Below, in pieces: positions 39,258-49,668 of a DNA stretch of 64,000 nucleotides (position 1 is the first letter of the stretch; every line of letters starts with the position of its first letter). The stretch is from Methanomassiliicoccaceae archaeon (lineage in GTDB: Archaea; Thermoplasmatota; Thermoplasmata; Methanomassiliicoccales; Methanomassiliicoccaceae). The notes beneath the pieces are model-generated. The model ran no database searches. It was not told the origin of the DNA and was given only the letters and a program-made list of their open reading frames with translations. Where the stretch lies: contig CAVSJV010000002.1 in the NCBI GenBank assembly GCA_963728405.1, forward strand, positions 272,743 to 336,742. Direction: 5' to 3'. The position numbers and the translations under genes are program-made.

Positions 39258-39989
39258 ATGAACGGCAGTGTCGGGAACACTGAGATCTCGACCTTGAACA
39301 AGGACGGCGAGAAAGAACAACGGCCAAATCCTCACCCTTCCACGCCGGTCCTGGACGATCTCGCTCGGTTCAAGGGATGCAGGGTCATGGTGTTCTCCCC
39401 CCATCCACATGATGACGTGCTCGGCTGCGGTGGTACGATCCGTTCTCTTTTCGAAAAAGGGTGCAATATCTTGGCGATATACATGACCGACGGCCGGTTC
39501 GGCTCACCCGCTCTACCCTTGGAGGAGGTCGCCCCTATTCGCCGGTTGGAAACGGTCAACTCGGCCACCGTGCTTGGTATCGGCAATCTGCAGTTCCTCA
39601 ATCGGCCGGACCTCGGGCTAATGTGCGACAGGACCACCGTCAGAGAGGCCAGGGAGGCCGTGGATGCTTTCTCTCCGACCCTTATATTCACACCCGGCCG
39701 GGAGGACGGACACCCCGACCATCGGGCCGCCTCGCGTATCGTCCAGGCTGCCACCGCCGGGGAAGATATCGCCGTGCTCCAGTATGAAGTGAGAACGGCC
39801 GGGCGTCCAGACCTGGTTGTCGATATCACCGGTACGATGGTTTACAAGGAGCGGGCGATCCGGGAACACCGCTCCCAACTGGATACCGAAGACTATCTCC
39901 ACAGGATCAAGGGGCTCAATTCTTATCGCTCCCTCGGACAAGGGCCAGAGGTCCGCTTCTGCGAGGCGTTCTCCTTCCCGCCAGACTAA
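39258..39989 (+). CDS. PIG-L/LmbE family deacetylase
   Basis: SPHPHDD..GCGGTI, MTDG, RRLE, D.HPDH, K..AI..H.SQ, EAF. Confidence 0.85.
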   Translation: MNGSVGNTEISTLNKDGEKEQRPNPHPSTPVLDDLARFKGCRVMVFSPHPHDDVLGCGGTIRSLFEKGCNILAIYMTDGRFGSPALPLEEVAPIRRLETVNSATVLGIGNLQFLNRPDLGLMCDRTTVREAREAVDAFSPTLIFTPGREDGHPDHRAASRIVQAATAGEDIAVLQYEVRTAGRPDLVVDITGTMVYKERAIREHRSQLDTEDYLHRIKGLNSYRSLGQGPEVRFCEAFSFPPD

Positions 39990-40152
39990 AAGATGATAGG
40001 GAAGGCAGTACTGTAGATCCCTATGGCGCTTGGTACCTGGCTGCCCCCCTCCTCAAAGAGGCTGACCGGCACAGACCGCGTCCGACACGACCTCGACAAT
40101 GCGTTGCCCAGACAGGATAGATTATTGATGGTCCGGACAGATACCATGCTCG

Positions 40153-40530
40153 ATGAGCGAGCGATCAATAGGGCAGAAGTTGCATCTCAAGCCTGGACAG
40201 AGGCGCTCCCTCTCATCACCCCCGGGGAGTTTTTCGACAAGCTCAGAGGGCCTTTTCCACGGCGCCATGGTCAACGAGGTCGAACCGGCGGCCATGGTCC
40301 TGGCGTTCATCAAGGACCGGGCGCACCTCGAACGGGCGGCCCCCCAGCTTAAGCGGCCCATGGACATGGGCGCCGCTCTCTGGGTCGCCTTTTCAAAGAC
40401 CTCATCCGGAATACCCACGGCCAACAACGGGAATAAAATATGGGGGTGGGCACAGACCAATGGGATGGATGCCGTCGCCAATTGCTCGATCGATGATATC
40501 TGGCCCGTTGGAAGACTAAAGGTGCAGTGA
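40153..40530 (+). CDS. Hypothetical protein (DUF3052-like)
   Basis: KL.LKPG...LWVAFSK.SSG..T...SIDDIW. Confidence 0.6.
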   Translation: MSERSIGQKLHLKPGQRRSLSSPPGSFSTSSEGLFHGAMVNEVEPAAMVLAFIKDRAHLERAAPQLKRPMDMGAALWVAFSKTSSGIPTANNGNKIWGWAQTNGMDAVANCSIDDIWPVGRLKVQ

Positions 40531-40536
40531 TCCGGG

Positions 40537-41169
40537 ATGGCTCAACCCGCTCGGAGCCAGAGGGGCGCATGGGATAGGGAATATTCAAAACCGGACCCCC
40601 TATGGAAGGGACCGTCGGGGGGCGACATGCCCTCGCTCAAAGGGAAGAGGGTCCTAGAGCTCGGCTGCGGTAACGGGAAGACCGCGGCAGCCCTGGTCCG
40701 GTCGGGAGAGGAAATCGTGGCGGTCGACTATTCCAGGAAGGGCTTGGAGGCGTGCCGCCGGGGGCTAACATACAATAATCTCCTCCTGGTGGAGGCGGAT
40801 GTCCGTAACTTACCCTTCACCGATGCAACCTTTGATCAAGTGGTGGCTTTCCATGTCCTGGGACATCTGCTGAAGGACGAGCGCAGAGGTGCGGTCGAGG
40901 GGATCATTCGGGTCCTGCGCCCCGGCGGCGGTCTTCTGATAAAGGTCTTCTCCAGCAACGATATGCGGTGCGGTTCCGGAGAGCGGACCGAACCGGGAAC
41001 CTATGTCAAAGGAACGGGGATATCGTGCCATTACTTCGATGCGGCCGAACTGACCGACCTATTTCAGGATCTCCATACGGTGGTCCAAGAGGAGGTACGG
41101 GTGGAAAAGAGATATGATGGCGAGAATAGGGTCAGAGCGGAGTGGGTCGGCGCATATCAAAAACGTTAA
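40537..41169 (+). CDS. Class I SAM-dependent methyltransferase
   Basis: VLELGCGNGK, VDYS, ADVRNLPF..FD, RVLRPGG. Confidence 0.9.
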   Translation: MAQPARSQRGAWDREYSKPDPLWKGPSGGDMPSLKGKRVLELGCGNGKTAAALVRSGEEIVAVDYSRKGLEACRRGLTYNNLLLVEADVRNLPFTDATFDQVVAFHVLGHLLKDERRGAVEGIIRVLRPGGGLLIKVFSSNDMRCGSGERTEPGTYVKGTGISCHYFDAAELTDLFQDLHTVVQEEVRVEKRYDGENRVRAEWVGAYQKR

Positions 41170-41505
41170 CAGTTGCGGCTGACCACAAGCGGTCCGGTGG
41201 GGTTCATCCATATCGGGACAGTGAAGTGGTCCTGCCACGAGGCCCTGTCCCGCTCGGTCGGATCGACAAACTTCGCCTCTATCTGCCGGTGGGCCAACTT
41301 GCCTTCCAGGATATGGCTGGCCTCATTATCGCGATGAACACCCTGGAGAGGCCATTGTCCCCCGATAGGACCATGGCCAAGCTCATTGGCCAGACCACGC
41401 AGCCCATGGTCCCCAGAACATTCCCTAAACCCATCGGTCACTTGTTCATCCCGCGATAAGATTATCCTTTCAATATCTGTAGGGCGTCATGAAAATGCCG
41501 ATCGA

Positions 41506-43290
41506 TCATCCCTTGATGATCTTTCTTTCCTTTCCCGGCAGCTTCCGCAGTTTCCCGTTGTCCAGGGCCCATTGGAAGTTCTCCTTCTCGGATGGGGCGA
41601 CCAGGACCTTGTCGCCGGTGGCGTACTTGACCTTGGAGACCCAATCGGTGAAGCCGGAGATCACTTTGTAGACCTCAGCCTCTTCCACCAGGTCCCGACC
41701 GGAACGGGCCCCTTTGTACTGCGAGTAGTTGCCCTTGAAGAGGGTCAGAGTGCCATCGCGCATCTCGGCCACCTCGTTGCATACCGAGTCTAGAAGATAA
41801 CGATCATGGGTGATGATGATGAACGTGCCGGGATACTCGGCCAGGGATATCTCGACCGCATGCTTGGCCATCAGGTCCAGGTAGTTGGTCGGCTCGTCCA
41901 GGACCAGGAAGTTGATGTCCGATGAAAGGAGGAGAGCCAGGGCGACCCGGGCTCGCTCCCCCCCCGACAGGGTGGAGATCGGTCTTTCCGTGTCCTTTTG
42001 GGTCATCATGAATCGGTACAGGAAAGCCCGGGCCTTGGCCCGGGCATCTCCCACTAACGATTTGTTGATCTGCTCTAAGGAGGTGAGCTTGGGGTCCATC
42101 AGGTCATGTCCCTGGGCGAAATAGCCGATGCGGGCGCCGGGTGCCACCCAAAGCTCACCCTTGGAGGGGAGCTCGCCGAGGATGGCCTTGATCAGAGTGG
42201 TCTTTCCCGCACCGTTCGGCCCGAACAGGCCGATCTTGTCCCCGGTGTCTATGTCCAGGTCGAGATCGTTGAAGATCGTCTTCCCGGCCCGGGTGACCTT
42301 GAGCCTCCGGGCGATGACCATGTTCTTGCCGGACTTCTGGGCTGCATTGATATCGATGGTCAGGTCCTTCTTTTTATCGGGAGCTTCCTTGACCTCCATC
42401 CGTTCCAGCATCTTGAGCCGGGTCTTGTGGGTTGACGAGAACCACAACGCACGGTGCTGCTCGTCGGCGATCTTGGCCTGCCGCTCCCGCTCCTTGAGAT
42501 TCTTGTCAAACTCCTTTTGTTGCCGTTCGAGCTCCATGGCCTTCTTGTCCACGAACTGGGAGTAGTTGCCGGGGTAATGCCTGATCTTCGCGTTCTCCAG
42601 CTCATATACCTGGGTTACGGTCCGGTCGAGGAAATATCGGTCATGGGAGACGATGAGGACAGCGCCCTTGAAGTTCAGAAGATAATCCTCCAGCCACTCC
42701 ACGGCGTCGATGTCCAGGTGGTTGGTCGGTTCATCCAGAATGAGCAGATCGGCCTTATCTGCCTGGCTCAGAACCTTGGCCAGCATGACCTTGGTCCTTT
42801 CCCCCCCGCTCAGTTCAGCGACCTTACCCGCCATCTTGTCCTCGATCCCGAAGGTCTTGAGATGTTCCAGTGCCCTCTCGGCATCGCTCTTAGATTGGGG
42901 TATAGCCCCTTCCTGGAGACGGGCATACTCTAGCGATATCTCGTTCCAGTCCAAGCCCAGGGGCAGTTCTCCCGAGGTCATGATGGTCTCCAGTTCTTCC
43001 ATGCGCTTCTGGGCCGCGGTCTTCTGGCCCGAGCTAAGGGTCTCATGGACGGTGGTGTCGGAATCGAAGGTAGGGAACTGGGAGAGATAGACGATCTTGT
43101 TGGTGCGGACGCTGAGCTCGCCCGAATCGGGGCGGACCTCGCCGTTGATCATCTTCAGCAGGGTGGTCTTGCCGGCCCCGTTGGGCCCTACTAGTGCGAC
43201 GCGGTCATTATCGTTGACCTGCATCGAGATGTTCTTGAGGAGGTCCTTGGGACCGAAGGCCTTGGAGACGCCCTCCAGGCGTACAAGCAT
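41506..43290 (-). CDS. ABC-F family ATPase (twin NBD, ribosome-associated type)
   Basis: Two GPNGAGKTT / LSGGER / LDEPTN / HDRY sets with inter-ABC linker, no TM domain. Confidence 0.93.
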   Translation of the reverse strand: MLVRLEGVSKAFGPKDLLKNISMQVNDNDRVALVGPNGAGKTTLLKMINGEVRPDSGELSVRTNKIVYLSQFPTFDSDTTVHETLSSGQKTAAQKRMEELETIMTSGELPLGLDWNEISLEYARLQEGAIPQSKSDAERALEHLKTFGIEDKMAGKVAELSGGERTKVMLAKVLSQADKADLLILDEPTNHLDIDAVEWLEDYLLNFKGAVLIVSHDRYFLDRTVTQVYELENAKIRHYPGNYSQFVDKKAMELERQQKEFDKNLKERERQAKIADEQHRALWFSSTHKTRLKMLERMEVKEAPDKKKDLTIDINAAQKSGKNMVIARRLKVTRAGKTIFNDLDLDIDTGDKIGLFGPNGAGKTTLIKAILGELPSKGELWVAPGARIGYFAQGHDLMDPKLTSLEQINKSLVGDARAKARAFLYRFMMTQKDTERPISTLSGGERARVALALLLSSDINFLVLDEPTNYLDLMAKHAVEISLAEYPGTFIIITHDRYLLDSVCNEVAEMRDGTLTLFKGNYSQYKGARSGRDLVEEAEVYKVISGFTDWVSKVKYATGDKVLVAPSEKENFQWALDNGKLRKLPGKERKIIKG

Positions 43291-43322
43291 GCAGGCGCCA
43301 TGCGGGCCATGTGGCTTAAGCT

Positions 43323-44273
43323 TTACTTATCGGGCAACTTTTTGAGCATTGAGAGCGCTCGGAAGGTGGTCCATCTGGAGGGCTTCCCGGCCCGCTCGAA
43401 GGTCACCAGGAACCGGCCGGTGAAGAAGCGCTCCATCGGCCACCGGCCCTGCCCGTCCTGCTTGGCCAGGATCATTTCCAGGGCCTGGACCATCCGCTCG
43501 TCCCGGCCGGTCGTCCGGGCCAGGACGTCGAGGACCTCCACCAGATCGGTGTTCCACATAAGGGGAAAACCGAATCGGGTCCATTCCGGACGGACCTTCT
43601 CCTCGTCCCCGGCCGGCAGGCACCTGTCCTTGACGTTCTCCGCCAGGATCGACCGGGCCATCCGGGTCCTTTCATCGGTGAGGTTCGGCGGGATCTCGGC
43701 CAATGCCTTCAGGACCTTGACCGCCCCGGAGCGGCAGCGGACGCATCTCTTGCGGACCTCGATATTCTCCTCCGCCAGCCCCCGCAGGTGGTCATAGGTG
43801 GCGAGCATGCGGGGGTCCTGGCCGAATCCTGACCGGACCAGGGCGTAGGCCATATTGGCGGTGAGGCAGGGAAGGGGTTCCAACCTCCCTCCATCGGGGC
43901 CTCCGAGGTGAGTGAAACCGCCATCGCTCCTTCTTGACCATCTCAGCACGAACTCGCCCGCCCTTAGGACCCTTCCGTCCGCCGGGTCGGCGGCTAGATC
44001 TGCCAGGAGGATGAGGTTCCATACTGTGCCCTTGTACTTGGAGCGGACATAGAAGTCCTCTTTCCGGCCCCAGTGGCCCCCGGCCTCCTGCTTCGACAGT
44101 ATCGTGGCCACCGGTCCGGACCTCATGAGGGCCTTCCTCGCCCCCAGTGCTTCGGTACTATCGGCTGGAACATCCATCAGCTCCGTAAGCACCCGGTATC
44201 GAAGGGAGGGGTCGTCGGACTCCAGCAGCCACTCGGTCGGGTCTGAGCTGAGCAGGGCAAGCCAATCTCTCAC
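43323..44273 (-). CDS. Alpha/alpha-barrel protein (prenyltransferase/squalene-cyclase repeat-like), function unknown
   Basis: WLLE..DPS.RY, ILSKQ..GHW, YKGT.W, FGFP, ILAKQD..GRW, GKPSRWTT.RAL. Confidence 0.7.
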   Translation of the reverse strand: MRDWLALLSSDPTEWLLESDDPSLRYRVLTELMDVPADSTEALGARKALMRSGPVATILSKQEAGGHWGRKEDFYVRSKYKGTVWNLILLADLAADPADGRVLRAGEFVLRWSRRSDGGFTHLGGPDGGRLEPLPCLTANMAYALVRSGFGQDPRMLATYDHLRGLAEENIEVRKRCVRCRSGAVKVLKALAEIPPNLTDERTRMARSILAENVKDRCLPAGDEEKVRPEWTRFGFPLMWNTDLVEVLDVLARTTGRDERMVQALEMILAKQDGQGRWPMERFFTGRFLVTFERAGKPSRWTTFRALSMLKKLPDK

Positions 44274-44590
44274 GATAGTGCAACGTTATGCGGGAATATG
44301 AATGCCTCCATCGGCCCTGCGGACCATAACGAAAACAACCACACCTTTGGCCGACGGTAGCTTGCCGTTCGTGTGCAAGGCCCTCCCGGTGGAAGATAAG
44401 CCCTTGCGCTGCGTTTAACGATCGGGGTGCGCCGCCACCAGACCGCCTGGCAGTTCCATCTAGGCTCCTCCATCCCATTACGGGTATCGATGGTATCGGA
44501 CCCTAGCAGTGTTCAAGGACCGTTCGTCCCTTATGGCGCGGGGGGACCGAAAGGGTCAAATCTAAAAATCTTTGTTGACATAGCGAGACA

Positions 44591-44830
44591 ATGAAGATCA
44601 AGCGGTGTGAACTATTTGCTCACGTGAAGAGCTTCGAGGGCAAGAACAGTATGGAAGGTTTCCTCAGCTTCATCGATTCACCGGTGCGCGACCTCAGGGT
44701 GATCAAGATGCCAGAAGGCCGCATCAGGCTGAAGTACATCGACTGTGAGGATAACATCCATCGGATCGACATCGGTCCCAATGAGGAGGAGGAGATAGAC
44801 TTCCCCCTGGATAGAAAGATCATTGAATAA
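44591..44830 (+). CDS. Small hypothetical protein
   Basis: Typical codon usage, clean ORF with upstream AT-rich promoter. Confidence 0.6.
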   Translation: MKIKRCELFAHVKSFEGKNSMEGFLSFIDSPVRDLRVIKMPEGRIRLKYIDCEDNIHRIDIGPNEEEEIDFPLDRKIIE

Positions 44831-44874
44831 GATCGCCCGGTAACATCAACGGTCGGGTCGACCGGACCATCTCC

Positions 44875-45200
44875 TCAGGTGGGGCCTTCCACATGGCCGA
44901 CAGTATGGCTTATCGAGGGTTGGCAACTCTCGCAATAAGCGCGCAACCGCATCATGAACTCCCGGAACTTGGCCTCGGTCCGCCATTGCCTTATGCCTTC
45001 CTCGCTCTCGAACGGCCAGGAACAGAAGAACCGCCGGGGCTCCCCGAATCCTGTACAAGGGTCCCTTCCAACGCCCCTGCCCTTATTTCCGCGGCCCATG
45101 TGGCGAAATCCTGCCAGGCGGAAATGAATTCCCCCTCCCTCCCGGGCTTGATCATCCATATCGCGATCGAGTAGTTACCTGCCGGTTTCGAGCGCTCCAC
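44875..45200 (-). CDS. Antibiotic biosynthesis monooxygenase (ABM)-like protein, frameshift near 45040
   Basis: W.IKPGREGEFISAW (ORF 44991) joins EPRRFFCSWPFESEEGIRQWR (ORF 44875). Confidence 0.75.
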
Positions 45201-45365
45201 GAGCCCCCCGTTAACGATAGTAAAACGTGTCTATCATTTGATAACTTTATTCTCAGGTCGATTCCTAAAAGAATTAACGGCCCTGGCCAGACCATAATGA
45301 TTTAATCCTGTGACATCCAGTCCAGACCATGCAACTGTGAGCTCCATGCTCCCAGAGAACCCATA

Positions 45366-45644
45366 GTGGACCTGGCCATATTGCTGGAAGAGGCCCTTCA
45401 GGAAGGGGAGGAAGGCTGGTATTCAGGGGATCAGGTAATGGACCTTCATCGGCTGAAGCAGCGTTTGAAGGAGCAGGAGGCTTTGCTAGATGGGGTTCTG
45501 GCCAGGGTCCGATTACAAGGTACTGCGCTCGTGCTCACCACGCCTCAGAAAAAGGACCTGAGGAGGGAGGCCGTTGGCCTGGTAAATGTCTGCATGAACA
45601 TATTGCAGGCCAGCCAGCTTCTCGATCCTGAGATGGACCTCTAG
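45366..45644 (+). CDS. Small helical hypothetical protein
   Basis: Helical ORF, LRREAV.LVNVC resembles a MazG-like tail. Confidence 0.45.
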   Translation: MDLAILLEEALQEGEEGWYSGDQVMDLHRLKQRLKEQEALLDGVLARVRLQGTALVLTTPQKKDLRREAVGLVNVCMNILQASQLLDPEMDL

Positions 45645-46037
45645 CTTTGGGCATTGTGAAGTGCTTCGCCCGTTCAGGCGGAGCTCCTTGCACCATCCTG
45701 ATGGCATGTGATATCATCGCATATGTTCGTAAAGGCGGTCTATCCGCAAGCGTGAGTTCCGGTCGGTCCGACCGTACCTTCTGTAATCCTCGGTCGAGGA
45801 TATTGAACGAAGTGTCACCTCCTCCTTTGTCGACGGGGTCTCCCTTTCCTGCTCTTGTCAGGGCAGATGGGTGATCGGTGAGCGATAGTGTCAGAGCACC
45901 GAATTTCCTTATGAATTTCGTATACGAACGTCGAACGGAGAGGGTAGTGAAAGTGCTCGAGATCGCTCCAATCCCCTAGCCATCGAAGAGGGCCTTCTCC
46001 TAGCTCGAAGATAAATACCGGCCGCTCCGAAGTTGTT

Positions 46038-46547
46038 ATGGTAGAGGCCATGTTGGAAGAGCATCAACCGAATGAAAAGCATAGCCACGACCTAAAGATC
46101 ATCGTGGAGGAGAGGGGAATCCTACCGTCGGAGACCTGTGAAGGTCCCGACTATACGCCCCAGATAGATATCGAGGGGCTGTGGGCCCCCTACCTGGCCA
46201 TCGTGGTCGATGATCCCACCTCAACAGGGGGCTTCACTCACTGGCTGATCTGGAACATACCTGGAATTGTCCGGATTCCCCGCAACATCCCCAAGGCCAT
46301 GGAGATATCGTTCCCCATCTCTGCGCTCCAGGGCCGGAACTCCTTCGGAAAGATCGGCTACTCCGGTCCTTGCCTCCCGGAGGGAGAGGTCCATACCTAT
46401 TCGGTTCGGGTCTATGGTCTGGACGGACGGGTGGACGCCAAGCCAGGGTCGGACCGCGAGGCATTCGAGAAGTTCCTCTCAGGACACATCGTCCAATACG
46501 GCCAGGCCGACGTTAAGTATGGTCGGAGGGCTCCGAGGAGCCCTTAG
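46038..46547 (+). CDS. YbhB/YbcL (PEBP/Raf kinase inhibitor-like) protein
   Basis: TCEG..TP, IVVDDP..FTHWLIWNIP, QGRNSFG.IGY.GPC.P..H.Y...YGLD. Confidence 0.9.
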   Translation: MVEAMLEEHQPNEKHSHDLKIIVEERGILPSETCEGPDYTPQIDIEGLWAPYLAIVVDDPTSTGGFTHWLIWNIPGIVRIPRNIPKAMEISFPISALQGRNSFGKIGYSGPCLPEGEVHTYSVRVYGLDGRVDAKPGSDREAFEKFLSGHIVQYGQADVKYGRRAPRSP

Positions 46548-46587
46548 TTTAATCATCCCCTGGTCCATTCGGTGTTTCGGTAATGTG

Positions 46588-47001
46588 ATGGAAGGCGAGC
46601 TGTCCTCGGACCTGAAGCAGCGGCTGGCGTCGATGAGTTCGGCGCCCTTCGCCCTGCATTGTGATATGGATACATTATCTGTGGGGGACGGGGAGGCGGT
46701 CGTCCGTATGCCCGTCGATGGTAAGTTGAACGCTCTCGGTACCGTTCATGGGGGCGCAATATTCTCCCTGGCCGACCAGGCCTTTGCCCTTGCGGCCAAT
46801 GCCAACGGCGAGCCGCAAGTGGCACTGAGCGCTAGTATTAGCTATCTAAAGCCGGCCCGCGGCACCCTGATCGCTCAGGCCAGGAAGGTAGGGGAGAATA
46901 AGAGCACCTCGATTTATGAAGTCCTGGTGCGGGACGGCGGGGAGCTGGTTGCCATCTTCCAAGGCGTCGGTTACAAACTTCGGAAAACCGAGAAAAAGTA
47001 G
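46588..47001 (+). CDS. PaaI family hotdog-fold thioesterase
   Basis: LNALGTVHGGAIFSLADQAFA..AN, ISYLKP. Start ATG at 46588. Confidence 0.9.
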   Translation: MEGELSSDLKQRLASMSSAPFALHCDMDTLSVGDGEAVVRMPVDGKLNALGTVHGGAIFSLADQAFALAANANGEPQVALSASISYLKPARGTLIAQARKVGENKSTSIYEVLVRDGGELVAIFQGVGYKLRKTEKK

Positions 47002-47029
47002 ATTAGCAGCGGCCTCAGAACGTTCCTGC

Positions 47030-47206
47030 ATGAAGACCTGCATGAAATGCTTTGCAGAGAACGATCAACATCAGGTGATATGCCGGGCCTGCGGGAGCAA
47101 GGAATTCGTCATCAAGAAAGAGAGCCTGGTCCCTTGCAAATATTGTGGAGCGGACAATAAGGAAGGTGACCGGGAGTGCTACTCCTGCCGGCACTCTCTG
47201 GAGTGA
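47030..47206 (+). CDS. Double zinc-ribbon small protein
   Basis: CMKC..N....C.ACG ... CKYCG..N....CYSC. Confidence 0.7.
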   Translation: MKTCMKCFAENDQHQVICRACGSKEFVIKKESLVPCKYCGADNKEGDRECYSCRHSLE

Positions 47207-47304
47207 TGGGGCGGCCAACACTTTTATTGATATAAAATTTTTTTAAATGTCGAGGGGGCTGCCGTGCCCCTAACCCGTGATCGACCGGAAAAGTTAGACC
47301 TTCA

Positions 47305-48648
47305 TCATCGTCTTTCCAGGATGTGTGGCTCGTAGCGACGGACCGGCCGGAACAGGTTATCATTCTCTTTAGAGAGGACCATGCCGCTCAGGACCAGGCG
47401 GGAGATGGAGTCACGTATCTCGTCGGCGGTGACCTTCTTGCGGAGCGCTTTCTTTAGGCCGGCGAATGAAACATAGTCCAGACCGATCTCGTTGACCCCT
47501 CGGTGGATCTCCCTGAGCACCTCCATGTCGTGCGGTCCTTGCCGATCGTGGGAATAGGAGACCCGGATGTCAGAAGCTACCCGGGACGGTCCTCCCGGTC
47601 TCGTGTAGTTCGAACGGAGGTCGGCGAAGAACCGGTACAGCTCCTTGAACCAGGAACGGCTGCGGTCGAGCATAGCCTCCTCCAGGCGGTCCTTGCGATA
47701 TAATCGGCAAAGGGCCATGGCGATCTTGGCCAGTGAGTCCTTATCGAAGCTGATGTTGTAACCGGCATAGGCAGGGTCCCATTCCTCGAGGACCTGGCCC
47801 AGCAGCTTCTCGATCTGGACGAGCATGTCCTCAGTGATGACCGGCCGGAGCGCCAGTCCATACAGCTGGAACTCCAGGATGTCCGGGTCAGGGACTCGGC
47901 TCACCGGCCGGTAGGTGGCGTTGTAGATGATGGTCGGGATATGTTGCGGAAGGGGGTGGTGAGATGGGTCGACCATTTTCAGGTAGTTGTAGGATGCCTC
48001 TTCCACTGATCCAGAGGCGATGCGACGGCGCAGGGCCGAGAGGTCATCGATCGATCCAAGGAAGTCCATCTCGTAGTGGGAGTTGGGCCGGCTGAACTCC
48101 ACCGGAAGGCTGACCTCGATCGAGCGTTTCAGTTCGTCCAGGACCTTGGGTGCTCCCGAAAGGTCGAAGGACTGCGAACCGATACCCCCTGGGCCGATGG
48201 CGGTGCGGGGACAGGACAGCAACTGGAGGGCAATGGACTTATCAAGATGGTCCAGCTCTCCACCCTTCCAGTTGCTCAATAGACGGGCCAGGAAATCATC
48301 GGTGTCCAAGTACGGCCGGGGCATGGGAACGCTGATCGACCGGGCTCCCGCCACCGAGTACACAATCTCATAGTCCTCGGCTAGGGCCGAACCCTTGGCC
48401 AAAGCTCCGACCCGGGCCATCTTCCCATCCACCGACAGCTCGACCAGGTCATCCTCGTTCAGGATCAGGTCGTCTGGCAACAGGTACGTCTTGGTTGGAT
48501 CAGGCGGCAGGAACGGGCTCTTCCTCAGTTGGACCTTCCGTTGGCCCACGAAGCGGACCCACCCTGAATGCCCAGAGGACCCTATGACCTCTCTTTCGAA
48601 CCCCGCCCAGGGGCCGTAAACCCGGTTCCTCAGGGATAATTGCGCCAT
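47305..48648 (-). CDS. Divergent MCM-like protein (OB fold, degenerate AAA+, winged helix) with no Walker motifs
   Basis: KSIALQLL, DILEFQLYGL..RPVITED, DSLAKIAMALCRL and the C-terminal wH all track MCM landmarks by eye. Confidence 0.55.
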   Translation of the reverse strand: MAQLSLRNRVYGPWAGFEREVIGSSGHSGWVRFVGQRKVQLRKSPFLPPDPTKTYLLPDDLILNEDDLVELSVDGKMARVGALAKGSALAEDYEIVYSVAGARSISVPMPRPYLDTDDFLARLLSNWKGGELDHLDKSIALQLLSCPRTAIGPGGIGSQSFDLSGAPKVLDELKRSIEVSLPVEFSRPNSHYEMDFLGSIDDLSALRRRIASGSVEEASYNYLKMVDPSHHPLPQHIPTIIYNATYRPVSRVPDPDILEFQLYGLALRPVITEDMLVQIEKLLGQVLEEWDPAYAGYNISFDKDSLAKIAMALCRLYRKDRLEEAMLDRSRSWFKELYRFFADLRSNYTRPGGPSRVASDIRVSYSHDRQGPHDMEVLREIHRGVNEIGLDYVSFAGLKKALRKKVTADEIRDSISRLVLSGMVLSKENDNLFRPVRRYEPHILERR

Positions 48649-48755
48649 CCGTATGGATATCTGGGGCGAGCATTAAAATGGTTGGCCAGCCACTTCCTTC
48701 GCTGAGCGGCCAAAATTATTAAGACCGCTCCTCCGCCCATTAGGTCCGAAGAGAC

Positions 48756-49388
48756 ATGGAACTGGTGGACCGAAGGATCGAGGATTATGTATATTCCCTC
48801 ATTCCGCCCCTGGACGGGTTGCTGGATGAGCTAGAGGAAATGACCCTATCGAAGACCGCCCACCCCAATTTCCTTACCGGGAGAGTGGAGGGAGCATTGC
48901 TCAGGATGCTCGTACAAATGACCGGGGCGAGAACGGTTGTTGAAGTGGGCACCTATACGGGTTATTCAGCTCTGATGATGGCCTCGGCCTTGCCGGTCGA
49001 CGGAAGGTTGTACACATTGGACATCGACCCGGACATGATGATCCTGGCTCAGAGCTATTTCTCCCGGTCGCCCTATGGCGAGAGGATCGTTCCCATGCTA
49101 GGAGATGCCCGGAGGACCTTGAACGAAGTGCCGGGACCGATAGATATGGCCTTCATCGATGCGGACAAGACATCCTATGAATATTATTACGAGGTCCTTC
49201 TGAACAAACTGCGCCCAGCCGGCCTCATTGCATTGGATAACACCCTGTGGTACGGCAGCGTCCTATCCCCTAGCGATGAGGATTCTAAGGCGATCGCCTC
49301 GCTCAACGAAAAGATATCCCGGGACGAGAGAGTGGAAGCTGTCATTCTTACTATGAGGGACGGAGTGACGTTGGTCCGAAAAAAATAG
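48756..49388 (+). CDS. O-methyltransferase (caffeoyl-CoA OMT family)
   Basis: VEVGTYTGYSAL, GDA, FIDADK..Y..YY, DNTLWYG, RDGVTL. Confidence 0.92.
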   Translation: MELVDRRIEDYVYSLIPPLDGLLDELEEMTLSKTAHPNFLTGRVEGALLRMLVQMTGARTVVEVGTYTGYSALMMASALPVDGRLYTLDIDPDMMILAQSYFSRSPYGERIVPMLGDARRTLNEVPGPIDMAFIDADKTSYEYYYEVLLNKLRPAGLIALDNTLWYGSVLSPSDEDSKAIASLNEKISRDERVEAVILTMRDGVTLVRKK

Positions 49389-49668
49389 GCATACCGTGAG
49401 CCTCGCGGGATCGTGACTGGCAAGTGGAAGGGGCTCGGCCGGGCCGCTTCGGGGAGGCGGATGCATTACCACTGTGAACGGGACGGTCGTCATGATGGGG
49501 ATCGATCTGAAGAGGGCGACGATCTCACTCTTCTCACCTACGAGAGCGGAGGCACAACCATGTACGTTTGGCTGCGGCTGTTACAGCCGGCAGCATAGAC
49601 CATTTCAATTCATATTTTCAGGGCTACACTCAGCAGCGAACAAGCAACGAAGCTATGATGTCCCCCAT

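Noticed and set aside
41142-41459. Short ORFs on either strand between the methyltransferase and ABC-F genes
   Set aside because: No recognisable motif, and the coding strand cannot be determined.
43323-44273. Nitrogenase-related (NifH) label sometimes attached to this kind of protein
   Set aside because: No P-loop or Fe-S cysteine pattern of NifH; the sequence fits an alpha-barrel repeat protein.
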